In this document: positions 1 through 9,513 of the stretch, piece after piece | Position numbering within the stretch: position 1 is the stretch's first letter | Layout of the letters: every line of letters starts with the position of its first letter | Virus record (IMG/VR): IMGVR_UViG_3300049988_000124 | Location: 192,001-256,000 of that record | Reading direction: 5' to 3' (one strand) | From: a virus | Lineage: Duplodnaviria > Caudoviricetes | DNA: 64,000 nt | The notes under the pieces: model-generated | Seen by the model: the letters and a program-made list of their open reading frames with translations, nothing else | Told to the model about the DNA's origin: nothing | Database searches by the model: none | Program-made: the position numbers and the translations under genes

Positions 1-1
1 T

Positions 2-901
2 TACTTCACCTACAGCGATGTGATGTTCAAGACGCAGATCCTGAACTTCATCCAGCCGCTCATCATCGGCTCCTCGTTCGCTGATTGGCAGAAGCGCGAC
101 AAGCTCTTTGCCATCATCAAGTTGCCTGACCTTGCCCACATCGTGGCAACGATTGCTGCTATCTGCTACCCCAACGGATACCCTGACTTCGTGGTGACGT
201 GTAAGCAGATGCCCGACAAGGAGAAGGGAATCGAGCTGTGTGGTCACTCAGAGAAGCTCACCGCTGACATCATGAAGTTGATTGTCACGCGCTTCTCGTC
301 GATGTCACCGAGCGCCATCGAGCACATGACCGCTGCCCGTACCGCTGGGTCCAAGCACAACGCGTCGCAGATTGCCAAATATCAGGCAGACCTCGGTTTC
401 GAGGGTGAGAAGCTCACCTTTGGTAAGGTTTCCTTTACCATGCGGATCCCGAGTCTTACTGAGCACCTGGAGGCGGGCGCGCAGTTCCTGGCTGACATCG
501 TCAATGAAATTGATGGTGACAATAAGCAGGGTCGTGAAGAGCAGGTTGGTATTCGCTACATGCGAACCTTTGTTCCCTGGATCGACTCGGTTGAGAAGGA
601 ACTGGAGAACGGCTCGACGGCAGTCACCAGTGATGTGCGCACGATCATTCGTGCGCTCGAGAACCTCGATCTCGATGATCCGACCACGGCAGTTCGCCAA
701 GTCTTCGAGGACTACATTGGCCGTGTTCAGCTGACCTACGTTGGTCATCCGATCCTGCCGTGCACCAAGTGCGGTCACACAGCTGAAACCCCGTCAGGAA
801 TGTGGACGTTTGATCCGTTCTCGACTTTTTTTACTTTAGCGTTTCTGTATTTGAGGCCGAGCGACTCTTCGGAGACAAAGACGGACCTGACAAATACCTA
901 A
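2..901 (+). CDS. phiKZ-like tail assembly chaperone / baseplate hub assembly protein (5'-truncated)
   Basis: Frame is open back to the window edge (YFTYSDV before the tracked GTG at 20). Cys motifs (VTC...CGH, CTKCGH) and a C-terminal 'DPFSTFF' resemble jumbo-phage T4 gp26-like proteins. Confidence 0.55.
   Translation, partial: YFTYSDVMFKTQILNFIQPLIIGSSFADWQKRDKLFAIIKLPDLAHIVATIAAICYPNGYPDFVVTCKQMPDKEKGIELCGHSEKLTADIMKLIVTRFSSMSPSAIEHMTAARTAGSKHNASQIAKYQADLGFEGEKLTFGKVSFTMRIPSLTEHLEAGAQFLADIVNEIDGDNKQGREEQVGIRYMRTFVPWIDSVEKELENGSTAVTSDVRTIIRALENLDLDDPTTAVRQVFEDYIGRVQLTYVGHPILPCTKCGHTAETPSGMWTFDPFSTFFTLAFLYLRPSDSSETKTDLTNT
826..832 (+). other. Candidate -1 ribosomal frameshift slippery site T TTT TTT
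   Basis: Seven T in X XXY YYZ register with the 2..901 frame. The -1 frame is stop-free from 814 to the stop at 1357-1359. Confidence 0.55.
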
Positions 902-990
902 ACGCCTTCTCCAAACTCTGGAACGAAGAACTCACAGCACCGACGAATGACTCTACAGAACTCACGTTCTCGCTAGAGCGTTCCCTGATT

Positions 991-1359
991 TTGAGGAGTT
1001 TCAACGCTCATCATCTGGGAATGGAATACCCACCCGCTGACGATGTCCCAGACATCGTTAAGATCATTGGGGTAGGTAACCGTTTACACAAACCAACTGG
1101 TGAAATTCGTCCCGTCGTGGACTTCTTCTACTCGTACTTCAATCGAATGTCGGAAGTCTTCGAGAATACCCCTGTGGCCAAGGTCTTTGGTATCTCCATC
1201 GTCGATGCTCTTGGTATGCCAGTAAACCGCTGGCACGACATTGCTAGACAAGCCAAGATCATTGCTAACCGTCCGACTGAACCTAGTGAGGAGTCAAAGA
1301 TGGTGGACTTAATGAGAGAGTTCATCGGTGCTTTGACTCCGCGTGGTGACGCGGACTAG
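991..1359 (+). CDS. Hypothetical protein; probably the C-terminal (gpT-like) part of a frameshift fusion with the upstream gene
   Basis: The ORF track starts it at TTG 991 with no good RBS. The frame is open from 814. It ends just before the AAAGGA RBS of the next gene. Confidence 0.65.
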   Translation: MRSFNAHHLGMEYPPADDVPDIVKIIGVGNRLHKPTGEIRPVVDFFYSYFNRMSEVFENTPVAKVFGISIVDALGMPVNRWHDIARQAKIIANRPTEPSEESKMVDLMREFIGALTPRGDAD

Positions 1360-1378
1360 ATAAAAGGAAGTTGAATCA

Positions 1379-1996
1379 ATGAGTGAGCAGATTGACGATC
1401 ACAAGACCAATCAGGTCGGTGAAGCCGTGACCACGAACCTCATGAAGAACTATGCTGAGCGTAGTACAGAAGAGGGTCAGGGTCTAGGTGATGCGATCGC
1501 GGAATATATCGATCGTAGCGCTATCAAGGGATTGGACATTCCCGCCTCCACGCAGTCTGTAGCGGGCACTGTCTCGATTCCTATTCCCAAGGAAGTCGCA
1601 GAAGAGAAGATCACCAACGTCAACCACATGTTGGCCAAGCTCTTGGCTGAAAATATCGTGGTGCTCACCGGCTCGACTGAGTTCCCGCTCAGCGTCGTAG
1701 TACCGGTCAACAACCTGTACCGTAACGGTCAGTTCGATGCGATCCCGGTGGAGCTGGACAATGTCGAAATCCTTTACATGTTCACCAGGACTGATCCCGC
1801 TCTTGGTTTCATCTGTTGGTGTCTGAACACCGACTTCCGTAATGGTCCCACCGATGAAGTGTCCGACCAGCTGAAAGAAGGTGGGTGGAACGTCAATGCA
1901 CTGGGTGAATTATTCGATCGTCACAATGTGATGGAGAATACTCATCCTCTCAGCCGGTACCGTCTGCCCAACGCTGATCGCTTGAAGAAGCTTTAA
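1379..1996 (+). CDS. Hypothetical protein
   Basis: 205 aa ORF with AAAGGAAG RBS, followed by a hairpin. Confidence 0.75.
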   Translation: MSEQIDDHKTNQVGEAVTTNLMKNYAERSTEEGQGLGDAIAEYIDRSAIKGLDIPASTQSVAGTVSIPIPKEVAEEKITNVNHMLAKLLAENIVVLTGSTEFPLSVVVPVNNLYRNGQFDAIPVELDNVEILYMFTRTDPALGFICWCLNTDFRNGPTDEVSDQLKEGGWNVNALGELFDRHNVMENTHPLSRYRLPNADRLKKL

Positions 1997-2008
1997 GCTA
2001 CCATGGAT

Positions 2009-2038
2009 ATACACACAGGGCATATGCCCTGTGTGTAT
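2009..2038. terminator. Hairpin / terminator-like inverted repeat
   Basis: atacacacagggc-atat-gccctgtgtgtat, right after the 1379..1996 stop. Confidence 0.7.
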
Positions 2039-2139
2039 GTTCGTTATTTTTATCAATGAAATAAATAAAAAAGATATGATCAATTTGTTGCCTTCAGACA
2101 GGTTGACCTTTTTTCTACACCAGAGAAGAAGTTTTCCAC

Positions 2140-4224
2140 ATGCCCGCATTCGATCATGCAGTAGTTTCTGCATCTGTTATTCCATCCACCGAAGGTTGGG
2201 TTGCCGCCATCGGTTGGTTAATCTTCATCTGTCTCGTTGCTGCGTGGATCTATTCTCTCGTCGATCACCGTATCAATCTTGATGATCACAACGGACCTGT
2301 GATCGAAGCTGATTCCGAGATTGAGACGTTCGAGAACGCTTATAGCGGCGATAACCTCAAGGATCCCATGATCGCTGCCATGGAGACCGTGGAGAACATT
2401 CTGGTTCATCACTCAGGTCCCTTTGCCAGTAACTGCATCATCGGTAGTCGCTACCGTCAGGTTAACGACGTCGATGAGTTCACCAAGGACGGCATCAACA
2501 TCTTGAAGCACGTGCTCGTCTCCGAGGACGTCAGTGCTCGCGTGGTGATTCGTCTGGCCCGCTTCGTTGGTATCGCGGTTGACTCACGCTGCCATGATGG
2601 TACCACGACCTCGATGCTGATGTTCTCTGCCCTTGCCAAGGTGGCAATCGAGAAGATCAACGAGAGCCACATGTCGCCTGAGCGTCACCAGTGGACCGAT
2701 GATCTGAAGGCCGCGCTCGATGAGTGCTTGAAGCTCGTTAGCGAACTCAAGGTCACCGAGGATGATATCCTGGAGCTCTGTGGTACTCTCGGCATCGAGA
2801 CGAGCATCACGGACGTGCGTGCATCAATCGCTTATCACATGTCCATGATCTCCTCGAAGGGTGATCACGATCTCTCCACCAAGATCTCCGAGATCATTCG
2901 CTCCTCGCCCAAGAAGATCTACGGCATGTACCGTAACATTCCTCTGGCGATCGAGACTGAGGAAGCCTATATCCTGAAACAGCAGGAGCATGACCTGGGA
3001 ACGCGCGCGAACCTTGGTCACATGGACCACTTCAACCACCGCAACAATACCCAGTACCTCTCAGAAGACGCGGTGATCTTTGCCACGGGAAACGTCATCA
3101 GCGTGGAGAGTATGGAGGCAGGATTCCTCCAGGCCTTTATCTCCACGCGCGTTACCTCCAGGGCTGACCTTTCTACCTTCGGGATGGACAAGGGGTGGGA
3201 GAGCTTCCATGAAGGAAAGCGTCACCTGATCATTATCAGCCCGATGTTGGATGATCCCAACCTCATTCAGACGATCAACAATTTCAACGGTAACAATCCG
3301 TCGATCAAGATCTCCTGGTTCAATTTCCACATCGACCACAAGCTGCGTACCTCGTTCAACAAGACGCTTCACTACATGGCAGGGGTGCCGCTATTCGACG
3401 ACACCATGTTCGTCAATGCTGGTGCATCGCTCATTGGTCTGGGCGAGACCCGCGTCAAGGTGCAGATGATCGGCTCACACCTGGCCATCTCGCATCTCTA
3501 CAAGCGGGACGGTGAAGTCTTTCACCCGCTCTACCGTGACCCGGAAGCCTTCAAGCCCTACACCGACTTCCGCCGGGAGACCGAGGAGATCATTCAGTTC
3601 GCCCAGGAGAACATCACCAACCCGACGCTTGACCAGAATGAGCTCGGGATGATGACCTCCCTCTACCGGTCATTGACGTGTCAGCTGATCTACGACATTG
3701 AGGTGGGTGGCTCCAAGCACGACCAGCGGGCTAACCAGACCGTCTACGAGGACGCGATTGGTGCAGCACTCTCCGCCGTCGATGAAGGCGTGATCTTGGG
3801 TGGCTATGCTCACCTGGCTAATTACTTCAGCGAACTGGCAGAGAAGGATGGGGATCTCGTCTCGGGGATGTTTGCGGATGCTTTCCGCAAGGTCGTCATG
3901 GATTCACTGCGCGTGACAGACGAAGACAGCGCCGACAATCTCCTTGATAGGTTGCCGTCTAACAAATGGTACTACCTCGTTGCTGATCGTGCATCTTATG
4001 GACCCGATGTCGATGCTAACGACTACGTATCATGCCTATGTCTTGGTTACAAGCATGGGATGACTGCGTTCCTCGAGCGTCGTCCTGACCATGCGGTGTT
4101 GCTGCAGGCGTACGGTGGGTATCACGAGCAGTTCAAGCGCTTCCGTGACATCCTTCCCAAGCTCTCGAACACCTCACATCTGATTGATATGAGGAATGAT
4201 AAAGATGTCGCTAACGTTGTCTGA
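2140..4224 (+). CDS. groEL: GroEL-like (group I) chaperonin with N-terminal hydrophobic extension
   Basis: 'SGPFASNCII...FTKDGINILKH', 'HDGTTTS' (GDGTTT nucleotide motif) and 'YEDAIGAALSAVDEGVILGG' align with GroEL hallmarks. Confidence 0.8.
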   Translation: MPAFDHAVVSASVIPSTEGWVAAIGWLIFICLVAAWIYSLVDHRINLDDHNGPVIEADSEIETFENAYSGDNLKDPMIAAMETVENILVHHSGPFASNCIIGSRYRQVNDVDEFTKDGINILKHVLVSEDVSARVVIRLARFVGIAVDSRCHDGTTTSMLMFSALAKVAIEKINESHMSPERHQWTDDLKAALDECLKLVSELKVTEDDILELCGTLGIETSITDVRASIAYHMSMISSKGDHDLSTKISEIIRSSPKKIYGMYRNIPLAIETEEAYILKQQEHDLGTRANLGHMDHFNHRNNTQYLSEDAVIFATGNVISVESMEAGFLQAFISTRVTSRADLSTFGMDKGWESFHEGKRHLIIISPMLDDPNLIQTINNFNGNNPSIKISWFNFHIDHKLRTSFNKTLHYMAGVPLFDDTMFVNAGASLIGLGETRVKVQMIGSHLAISHLYKRDGEVFHPLYRDPEAFKPYTDFRRETEEIIQFAQENITNPTLDQNELGMMTSLYRSLTCQLIYDIEVGGSKHDQRANQTVYEDAIGAALSAVDEGVILGGYAHLANYFSELAEKDGDLVSGMFADAFRKVVMDSLRVTDEDSADNLLDRLPSNKWYYLVADRASYGPDVDANDYVSCLCLGYKHGMTAFLERRPDHAVLLQAYGGYHEQFKRFRDILPKLSNTSHLIDMRNDKDVANVV

Positions 4225-4609
4225 CGTGGAGGCGGGAGCTACCATCAGCTTTCGCTCCAAGAACCCTACCGACCAGGTCGTCTGGCGTGGTACCCTGGAG
4301 TCGCGTGGAACCTTTCGTTCCATTCGTTCCTACATGGATCCTCGTTCCTACAATGAGGCCGTGCGTCAGTCCGATGCCACGGTTCCCTCCGATGTAACGC
4401 TTCTCAACTTCTTCTTGATCACGGTGGACAATCAGTCAACTGACCCACAGATCATGGTGTTTGCCGAGGAGTGGATCAAGGATGGATCACTCATCGAGAT
4501 CGCCCTGGCCAAGCAGATCACGATCCGCGTTGATGATCCCAACAACGATACCCAGCGTATCTTGGCAACACTTGCCGAGGCTGGTTATAGTTCAACGATT
4601 CTGAGCTAA
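4196..4609 (+). CDS. phiKZ-like conserved hypothetical / virion protein (start may be ATG 4205)
   Basis: Overlaps the chaperonin stop; coherent ORF ending at a hairpin. Confidence 0.7.
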   Translation: MIKMSLTLSDVEAGATISFRSKNPTDQVVWRGTLESRGTFRSIRSYMDPRSYNEAVRQSDATVPSDVTLLNFFLITVDNQSTDPQIMVFAEEWIKDGSLIEIALAKQITIRVDDPNNDTQRILATLAEAGYSSTILS

Positions 4610-4617
4610 GCTAATGA

Positions 4618-4647
4618 GACATGGGTACCCGCAAGGGTACCCATGTC
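4618..4647. terminator. Bidirectional terminator-like hairpin between convergent genes
   Basis: gacatgggtaccc-gcaa-gggtacccatgtc: perfect 13-bp stem with a GNRA loop. Confidence 0.8.
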
Positions 4648-4649
4648 CG

Positions 4650-6029
4650 TTATCGCTTATTGGCTAGGTAGTAGAGAGGATGACGGGATAGCGAGCGCGT
4701 TGCATTTTGCAATCGTTCATAATCCCCGGTCAGCCTATTCTGAAATGGAGCAGATACCAGTCGACCAAGTTTCAGGACATTGTCCTTCCACGTCTTGAAC
4801 TGTGCTCTGGCTCTACGGTGTGGCGCAGACTTATACTGGGTGAGATATTCCTCACACTGCTGGATCTGCTCATGAAGTTCTGACTTCACATCACTGGGGA
4901 GACCCGGATCACTAAACGCATGCTTGGCTGTTTGTACCATCAACTCCAAGCGACGCATAATGGGATCGTAGCCTTGATTGACTTCCTCTGCTCCCATCTT
5001 GAACATCGAGGTGAAGTGCTTACACAAACCAATCACCAAGCTAACAGATGCTGACCTGGACAGACGACCATAGACGTAATGCTTGTCCTCCCCCAGCGAC
5101 TGATACTTAGCCACCATCGTGAGAAGAGACTTATAAGCACCGTGACGTACCGCGAACTCATCAGCGGACCGCTCTGATTCAACCATGTGGTTATTGGTAC
5201 CCACGCGGTCACGACCACTACCTAGAAGATTGTTAAAGATAGATAGCTGCCATGCGGCGCGCTCTGCGACAACAACCGCCAATAGGGTTGTCAGTGATTC
5301 CATGTAGAAAGGATCATCAATGGCATTGTTGGTGCGAAAATAGTCTTCGGTAATCTTTAGCATGTGAGCATAGTCTTGGCTCAGATACTTGGACTGCTTG
5401 AGTTTGGCAATTAGATAAAGAATGAGTTCACGATCAGGATGGACCTGAACATAGTCCACGATCTCTGCTGCATCAAGAGTTCGACCATAGACGCGGCGAC
5501 CTGCACGAATGAAATGGTCAATGTGGCCGAGCTCATGTAGACTGGCAGCGGCTAGTTCATCAGCAGAGAAGAAGAATTGACCGTGATCATCTTTCATCAA
5601 CCACATCGAGGTGGTTACCATGAAGGACATTCGGTAGGGAAGAGGACCAGTTGCGGATGACTGATCTAGGTAGCCGGTTTTGTCATTATAGAGGCGATTG
5701 ATTTCCTCCACCATCATCCCAGCCGTTGCTTCGTGATTCTTCTTTCGCTCAGAAGTAGTGTCACTAGTTCCAACCAAGCACATGAGGTTAGCTTTGGTTG
5801 TCTCATTGACCACCACGTTATCGAGCACAATACCCATGTGCTTTTGAACAATGGCTCTCAAGCGCTCTTTGAAGTGAATAGAACGCAGCGTCAAAGTGAC
5901 ATCACCGTTAGACGCATTAGGAAGCTCACTGACGGCATCTTGGCTCTCTTGGTACAGAGAGACCAGTTCGTTATAGAAAGGGCTTCTACCGCGCTGTGTG
6001 AGCGATTCCAAAGCCATGCTGTCGCGCAT
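4650..6029 (-). CDS. Putative virion zinc metallopeptidase-like protein
   Basis: HExxH motif 'LHELGH' plus downstream 'ESERSADEFA'; N-terminal 'MALES' head-protease-type motif. Confidence 0.65.
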   Translation of the reverse strand: MRDSMALESLTQRGRSPFYNELVSLYQESQDAVSELPNASNGDVTLTLRSIHFKERLRAIVQKHMGIVLDNVVVNETTKANLMCLVGTSDTTSERKKNHEATAGMMVEEINRLYNDKTGYLDQSSATGPLPYRMSFMVTTSMWLMKDDHGQFFFSADELAAASLHELGHIDHFIRAGRRVYGRTLDAAEIVDYVQVHPDRELILYLIAKLKQSKYLSQDYAHMLKITEDYFRTNNAIDDPFYMESLTTLLAVVVAERAAWQLSIFNNLLGSGRDRVGTNNHMVESERSADEFAVRHGAYKSLLTMVAKYQSLGEDKHYVYGRLSRSASVSLVIGLCKHFTSMFKMGAEEVNQGYDPIMRRLELMVQTAKHAFSDPGLPSDVKSELHEQIQQCEEYLTQYKSAPHRRARAQFKTWKDNVLKLGRLVSAPFQNRLTGDYERLQNATRSLSRHPLYYLANKR

Positions 6030-6078
6030 CGGTTTAACTTTCGATAAAGAGATAATTCATCACAACATAGCAGACGGA

Positions 6079-6104
6079 TGTGGAGGGGTTTTACCCCCTC
6101 CACA
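6079..6104. terminator. Hairpin
   Basis: tgtggagggg...cccctccaca, downstream of the 6128..7492 stop. Confidence 0.65.
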
Positions 6105-6127
6105 CCACTATCTACGAAAGAACTGAA

Positions 6128-7492
6128 TTACTCAGCAATCTCAGTCTGGACGTCGAGGATCGAGTCCACGGTCGAGAGCACCATGGCCACCGCCGCGACA
6201 CCCTCGGTCACCAGCTTGCTCACGAAGGTCGTGTGGCTGTTGATGAGGGTAACGTGATCGAGTGCACCGTAGGTGACGTCGTCGGTGTTCAGAGCGACAG
6301 GCATCGACTCCACGGCCAGGTTAGCCGCATCAACGAGCTCGTCCTTGCGCAGGGCGATCTGCTCGAGTGTGTCGAGAATCGAGCCTGCACGGTTGATCAT
6401 CAGATCAACGCTGGCAGCAGTGATGCCCTTGTCGCCGAAGGTGCCCTGAGTGGGCTCGAAGACCGCGTCACGATCAGCGTTGCGCAGACCGTACTTGTCC
6501 ATGGACAGGCCCATCATCGGACCGACCTCGGAGATGACCATCTCCATACCCTGCACGTCCTCGACGACCTTCTCCGGATTCGCCTCATTCGTCGAAGCAT
6601 CGAATGCCTGAACGGTTGAGAGGTAGGTCTGGGTCTGGTTAAGGACCTGGTTCAGGCTGGCATCATCCAGGCTGGTGACGGGAAGCGTTGCGAGAACCTC
6701 CTCGGTCAGGTCCGAACTCTCGAGCGCGAACTGGTCGGCATTGAGCTGCGCACGAAGCGTAGCAACCGTGTCACCCAGGTTAACGAGTGAGTCACCGAAA
6801 GCTGAGACGAGCTCACTGGTCTTGGTGCGCATGGCATCGCTCGCCGTTGTGGAAGCAGCCGAGAACGACTCCATACCAGCAACTGCATTGATCGACGTCG
6901 GCGGCTCGAGGCAGACGCTGAACTTGTCGACACCCGGGAAGTCCTGGACGATCTGCGAGAAACCAGGGATCGCCTGGAAAGCGGCAACCATCGGAGCCGA
7001 GAAGTTATTCTCCTCAGCAACCTGCGAGAGTGACTGCACCATGCGAACGTCGCGGATGCTCTCACGAAGGTCAGCCGAGCGACGCTCAACGCGCTGGGCG
7101 GTCAGGCTGTCGCGCAGCAGACCAAAGGCCTTCGCCGAGGTACGTGAAGCGGTCAGCTCCTGCGTAGCACCCTGCTGCTGATCGACTTCCTGCGTCTCGC
7201 CGGTCTCGTGATCGACCTTGGCCTGCTCGTCAGCCTCGAGGCTAGGAACTTCCTCGGTCTGAGTCGCATCGCCAGTATCAAGCGTCTGCTCGCCCTGGGT
7301 CTGCGTATCGTCGACCTGCTGGTCCTCGACCTGCGTGTTGGTGTCCTCGGCGGTCTGCTCCTCAGTCTGCTCGATCTGAGCTTCCTGCGTCACGTCAGCA
7401 TCAAGGGACTCGGTTGCCATCTGCGAAGCGGTGTCAGGGACACCGCGCGGTGAAAAGATACCCATTGTAGAAAACTTCCTTCTTGCTACCAA
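6128..7492 (-). CDS. Internal head / inner-body-like protein with acidic propeptide
   Basis: Acidic, Gln/Thr-rich N-terminus with several (S/A/G)-x-E motifs (ATE, SLE, GME, ALE), typical of phiKZ-like processed head proteins. Confidence 0.65.
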   Translation of the reverse strand: MVARRKFSTMGIFSPRGVPDTASQMATESLDADVTQEAQIEQTEEQTAEDTNTQVEDQQVDDTQTQGEQTLDTGDATQTEEVPSLEADEQAKVDHETGETQEVDQQQGATQELTASRTSAKAFGLLRDSLTAQRVERRSADLRESIRDVRMVQSLSQVAEENNFSAPMVAAFQAIPGFSQIVQDFPGVDKFSVCLEPPTSINAVAGMESFSAASTTASDAMRTKTSELVSAFGDSLVNLGDTVATLRAQLNADQFALESSDLTEEVLATLPVTSLDDASLNQVLNQTQTYLSTVQAFDASTNEANPEKVVEDVQGMEMVISEVGPMMGLSMDKYGLRNADRDAVFEPTQGTFGDKGITAASVDLMINRAGSILDTLEQIALRKDELVDAANLAVESMPVALNTDDVTYGALDHVTLINSHTTFVSKLVTEGVAAVAMVLSTVDSILDVQTEIAE

Positions 7493-7540
7493 TAGTAATA
7501 CTGGCTATAGAAAATTAAACAATCCTTTACCGATCACTCG

Positions 7541-8485
7541 CTATTCGGAATCGGAAGGAGCACGGTAGAACGCTGCAGCTGACACCGCTGATAGATACAT
7601 ACGTCCTCGCATGGAGACGCCCTGATAATCATCGTCGGTGAACAGTTTCACTGTTTGCTGAAGCGGGAAGGGGATTGCTGCCAATGTACCATCGGACAGA
7701 TTGAGTTCTTGGTCAAGATCGACCAGGTTGGTGTCGCGACGCTGCGGCTCCTTACTCAGATCACCCAGCAGAAGCTTGGTGATGACCCACAAGATCTTAA
7801 GCGCAGATCGTGCTCGGTTCTTGTAGGTAGCCTCACGGCCTGAGTAATTTGCCTCACGACGAAGAAGATCAACGAGTTCCTCGACCTGCTTCATGAGATA
7901 AACCCATGACGTCTCTACTGGGGACGAGTAACCTTCCTGACCCTGCAGCTGAACAAGGAGCAGTTCAGCATCCGTTGCCACATCAGACAAGTTCGTGACC
8001 AAGGCACCAGTCACACTGTGACGCAGACCGTGGTCATGGATTGCCGTGTCATTATTCAGCGCCTTCTTCAGACGCTTCAGGAAGGTAACAGGGGGAACGT
8101 AATAATGACGCCGTGCCTCATCAGCGTTGAACGTCACGAACGACTCAGGATTACGCACATCGCCGTTCGAGATAGCGACCACGCGGGCCGCGATCAAGCG
8201 GTGGAGTTCCTGACCGTAGAGGTAGATGTTCTTGGAGATCGACTGATTCATGAACCCACGAAGACTCGTGGGCAGGATCTTGAGCTCGAGTGCTCGCTGG
8301 GTGATCGCTTTGATGTCCTCATCATTGAACGTGGTAACGCCCGCCGACATGACATAGAGCCGCTTCAACCCTGACCCAGGGGTCAACTGACCTTCACCAG
8401 AAATCAGATCGAGGTAGGTCTTGACTGCCCACACGAAGTTATTCGCAGGAGCAATGGTTTGGGAAACAAGCGGCTCTTTACTCAC
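7541..8485 (-). CDS. Hypothetical (probable virion) protein
   Basis: 314 aa ORF; its GTG start overlaps the upstream stop; lies in the head-protein operon. Confidence 0.7.
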   Translation of the reverse strand: MSKEPLVSQTIAPANNFVWAVKTYLDLISGEGQLTPGSGLKRLYVMSAGVTTFNDEDIKAITQRALELKILPTSLRGFMNQSISKNIYLYGQELHRLIAARVVAISNGDVRNPESFVTFNADEARRHYYVPPVTFLKRLKKALNNDTAIHDHGLRHSVTGALVTNLSDVATDAELLLVQLQGQEGYSSPVETSWVYLMKQVEELVDLLRREANYSGREATYKNRARSALKILWVITKLLLGDLSKEPQRRDTNLVDLDQELNLSDGTLAAIPFPLQQTVKLFTDDDYQGVSMRGRMYLSAVSAAAFYRAPSDSE

Positions 8486-9465
8486 CCGCGCATCCTTTCA
8501 ATTTGCTGCTCGTACTTGGAGACGATACTGGCGTACTTCTCCGTGGCTTTCTTCAAGCGCTGATACTCGCCCGAATCAACATCCATTCCCCGTGACTTAG
8601 ACTGGAGCTGGATGATCTTGGCCGTCAGCCATTCCTTGCGGGCTGACAGAAGCTCGATGTGAGCCTGCGTGCGCATGTGACCCCAGTTGATAATCATCAG
8701 CATGACGTTACCAAGTGAGGCGGTCATCAGGTCCTGCTCATCGGCAGAGAACTGACTGGTGTGAGCGTATTCATCGATCCACTGACCCGTGGACGTCTGA
8801 AGCGGAACGTCTGCGCCCTTGGACTGCATGACCTTGACTTCGGTGAGGAAGCCGCCCCGCTTGGGGCTCCACTTGCCCAGGTTCATGGAAGCAAACTCTG
8901 CCGCTCCACTTGCCTTGTTCAGCATTTCACGTGTACGAAACGGCGGAATCATGTCGCCAGCATCTGAGGTCAGATGCTCAACCAGTGTAGAAACCCATGT
9001 GCAAAAGGTGTCAGCTTTTTGTAGATAGCCGATCACAACGAGAGACGATGACTTGATATTCTGTTCAGGCTTGTCACTATTCAGGCCAGAGAACAAGGCC
9101 TGGAAATTGTCTTCGATCTGAGTGAGATTCTCTCGGATCGCAGCTGTGGTTGCTACCACAGACGAGAGCGGCTGGGCTCGCTCCATCTGCTGCTCGTGAG
9201 GCGACAAACGCTTCACATAATTTTGGTACGCTTCGACAGACTTTTGTACATGTTTGTCCGTCGTCTTGATCCGGCCCTTCAGTACCTCGGTCGGTGCGAC
9301 CGATCCTGTCGGGGTAGAGATCAGTTTAACCAGGTCTTGAGTGGTGGCGAGCAGTTCGCCTGTAGCCAGGAGGGGAGAGAGAATCCCGTAATGGTCCGCT
9401 CTCTCCGGCTTCTGATCCTTAGACGCACTGCGGAATGCATTTGCAATCCCGCTGAGGAAGGTCAT
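8482..9465 (-). CDS. phiKZ-like virion structural (head) protein
   Basis: 327 aa ORF with a coiled-coil C-terminus; position resembles the phiKZ gp89-gp90 head-gene cluster. Confidence 0.6.
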   Translation of the reverse strand: MTFLSGIANAFRSASKDQKPERADHYGILSPLLATGELLATTQDLVKLISTPTGSVAPTEVLKGRIKTTDKHVQKSVEAYQNYVKRLSPHEQQMERAQPLSSVVATTAAIRENLTQIEDNFQALFSGLNSDKPEQNIKSSSLVVIGYLQKADTFCTWVSTLVEHLTSDAGDMIPPFRTREMLNKASGAAEFASMNLGKWSPKRGGFLTEVKVMQSKGADVPLQTSTGQWIDEYAHTSQFSADEQDLMTASLGNVMLMIINWGHMRTQAHIELLSARKEWLTAKIIQLQSKSRGMDVDSGEYQRLKKATEKYASIVSKYEQQIERMRG

Positions 9466-9513
9466 GGTAACGAGTCCTTATGTGTACGAAACAATATCGC
9501 CACGGTTTTGTAA

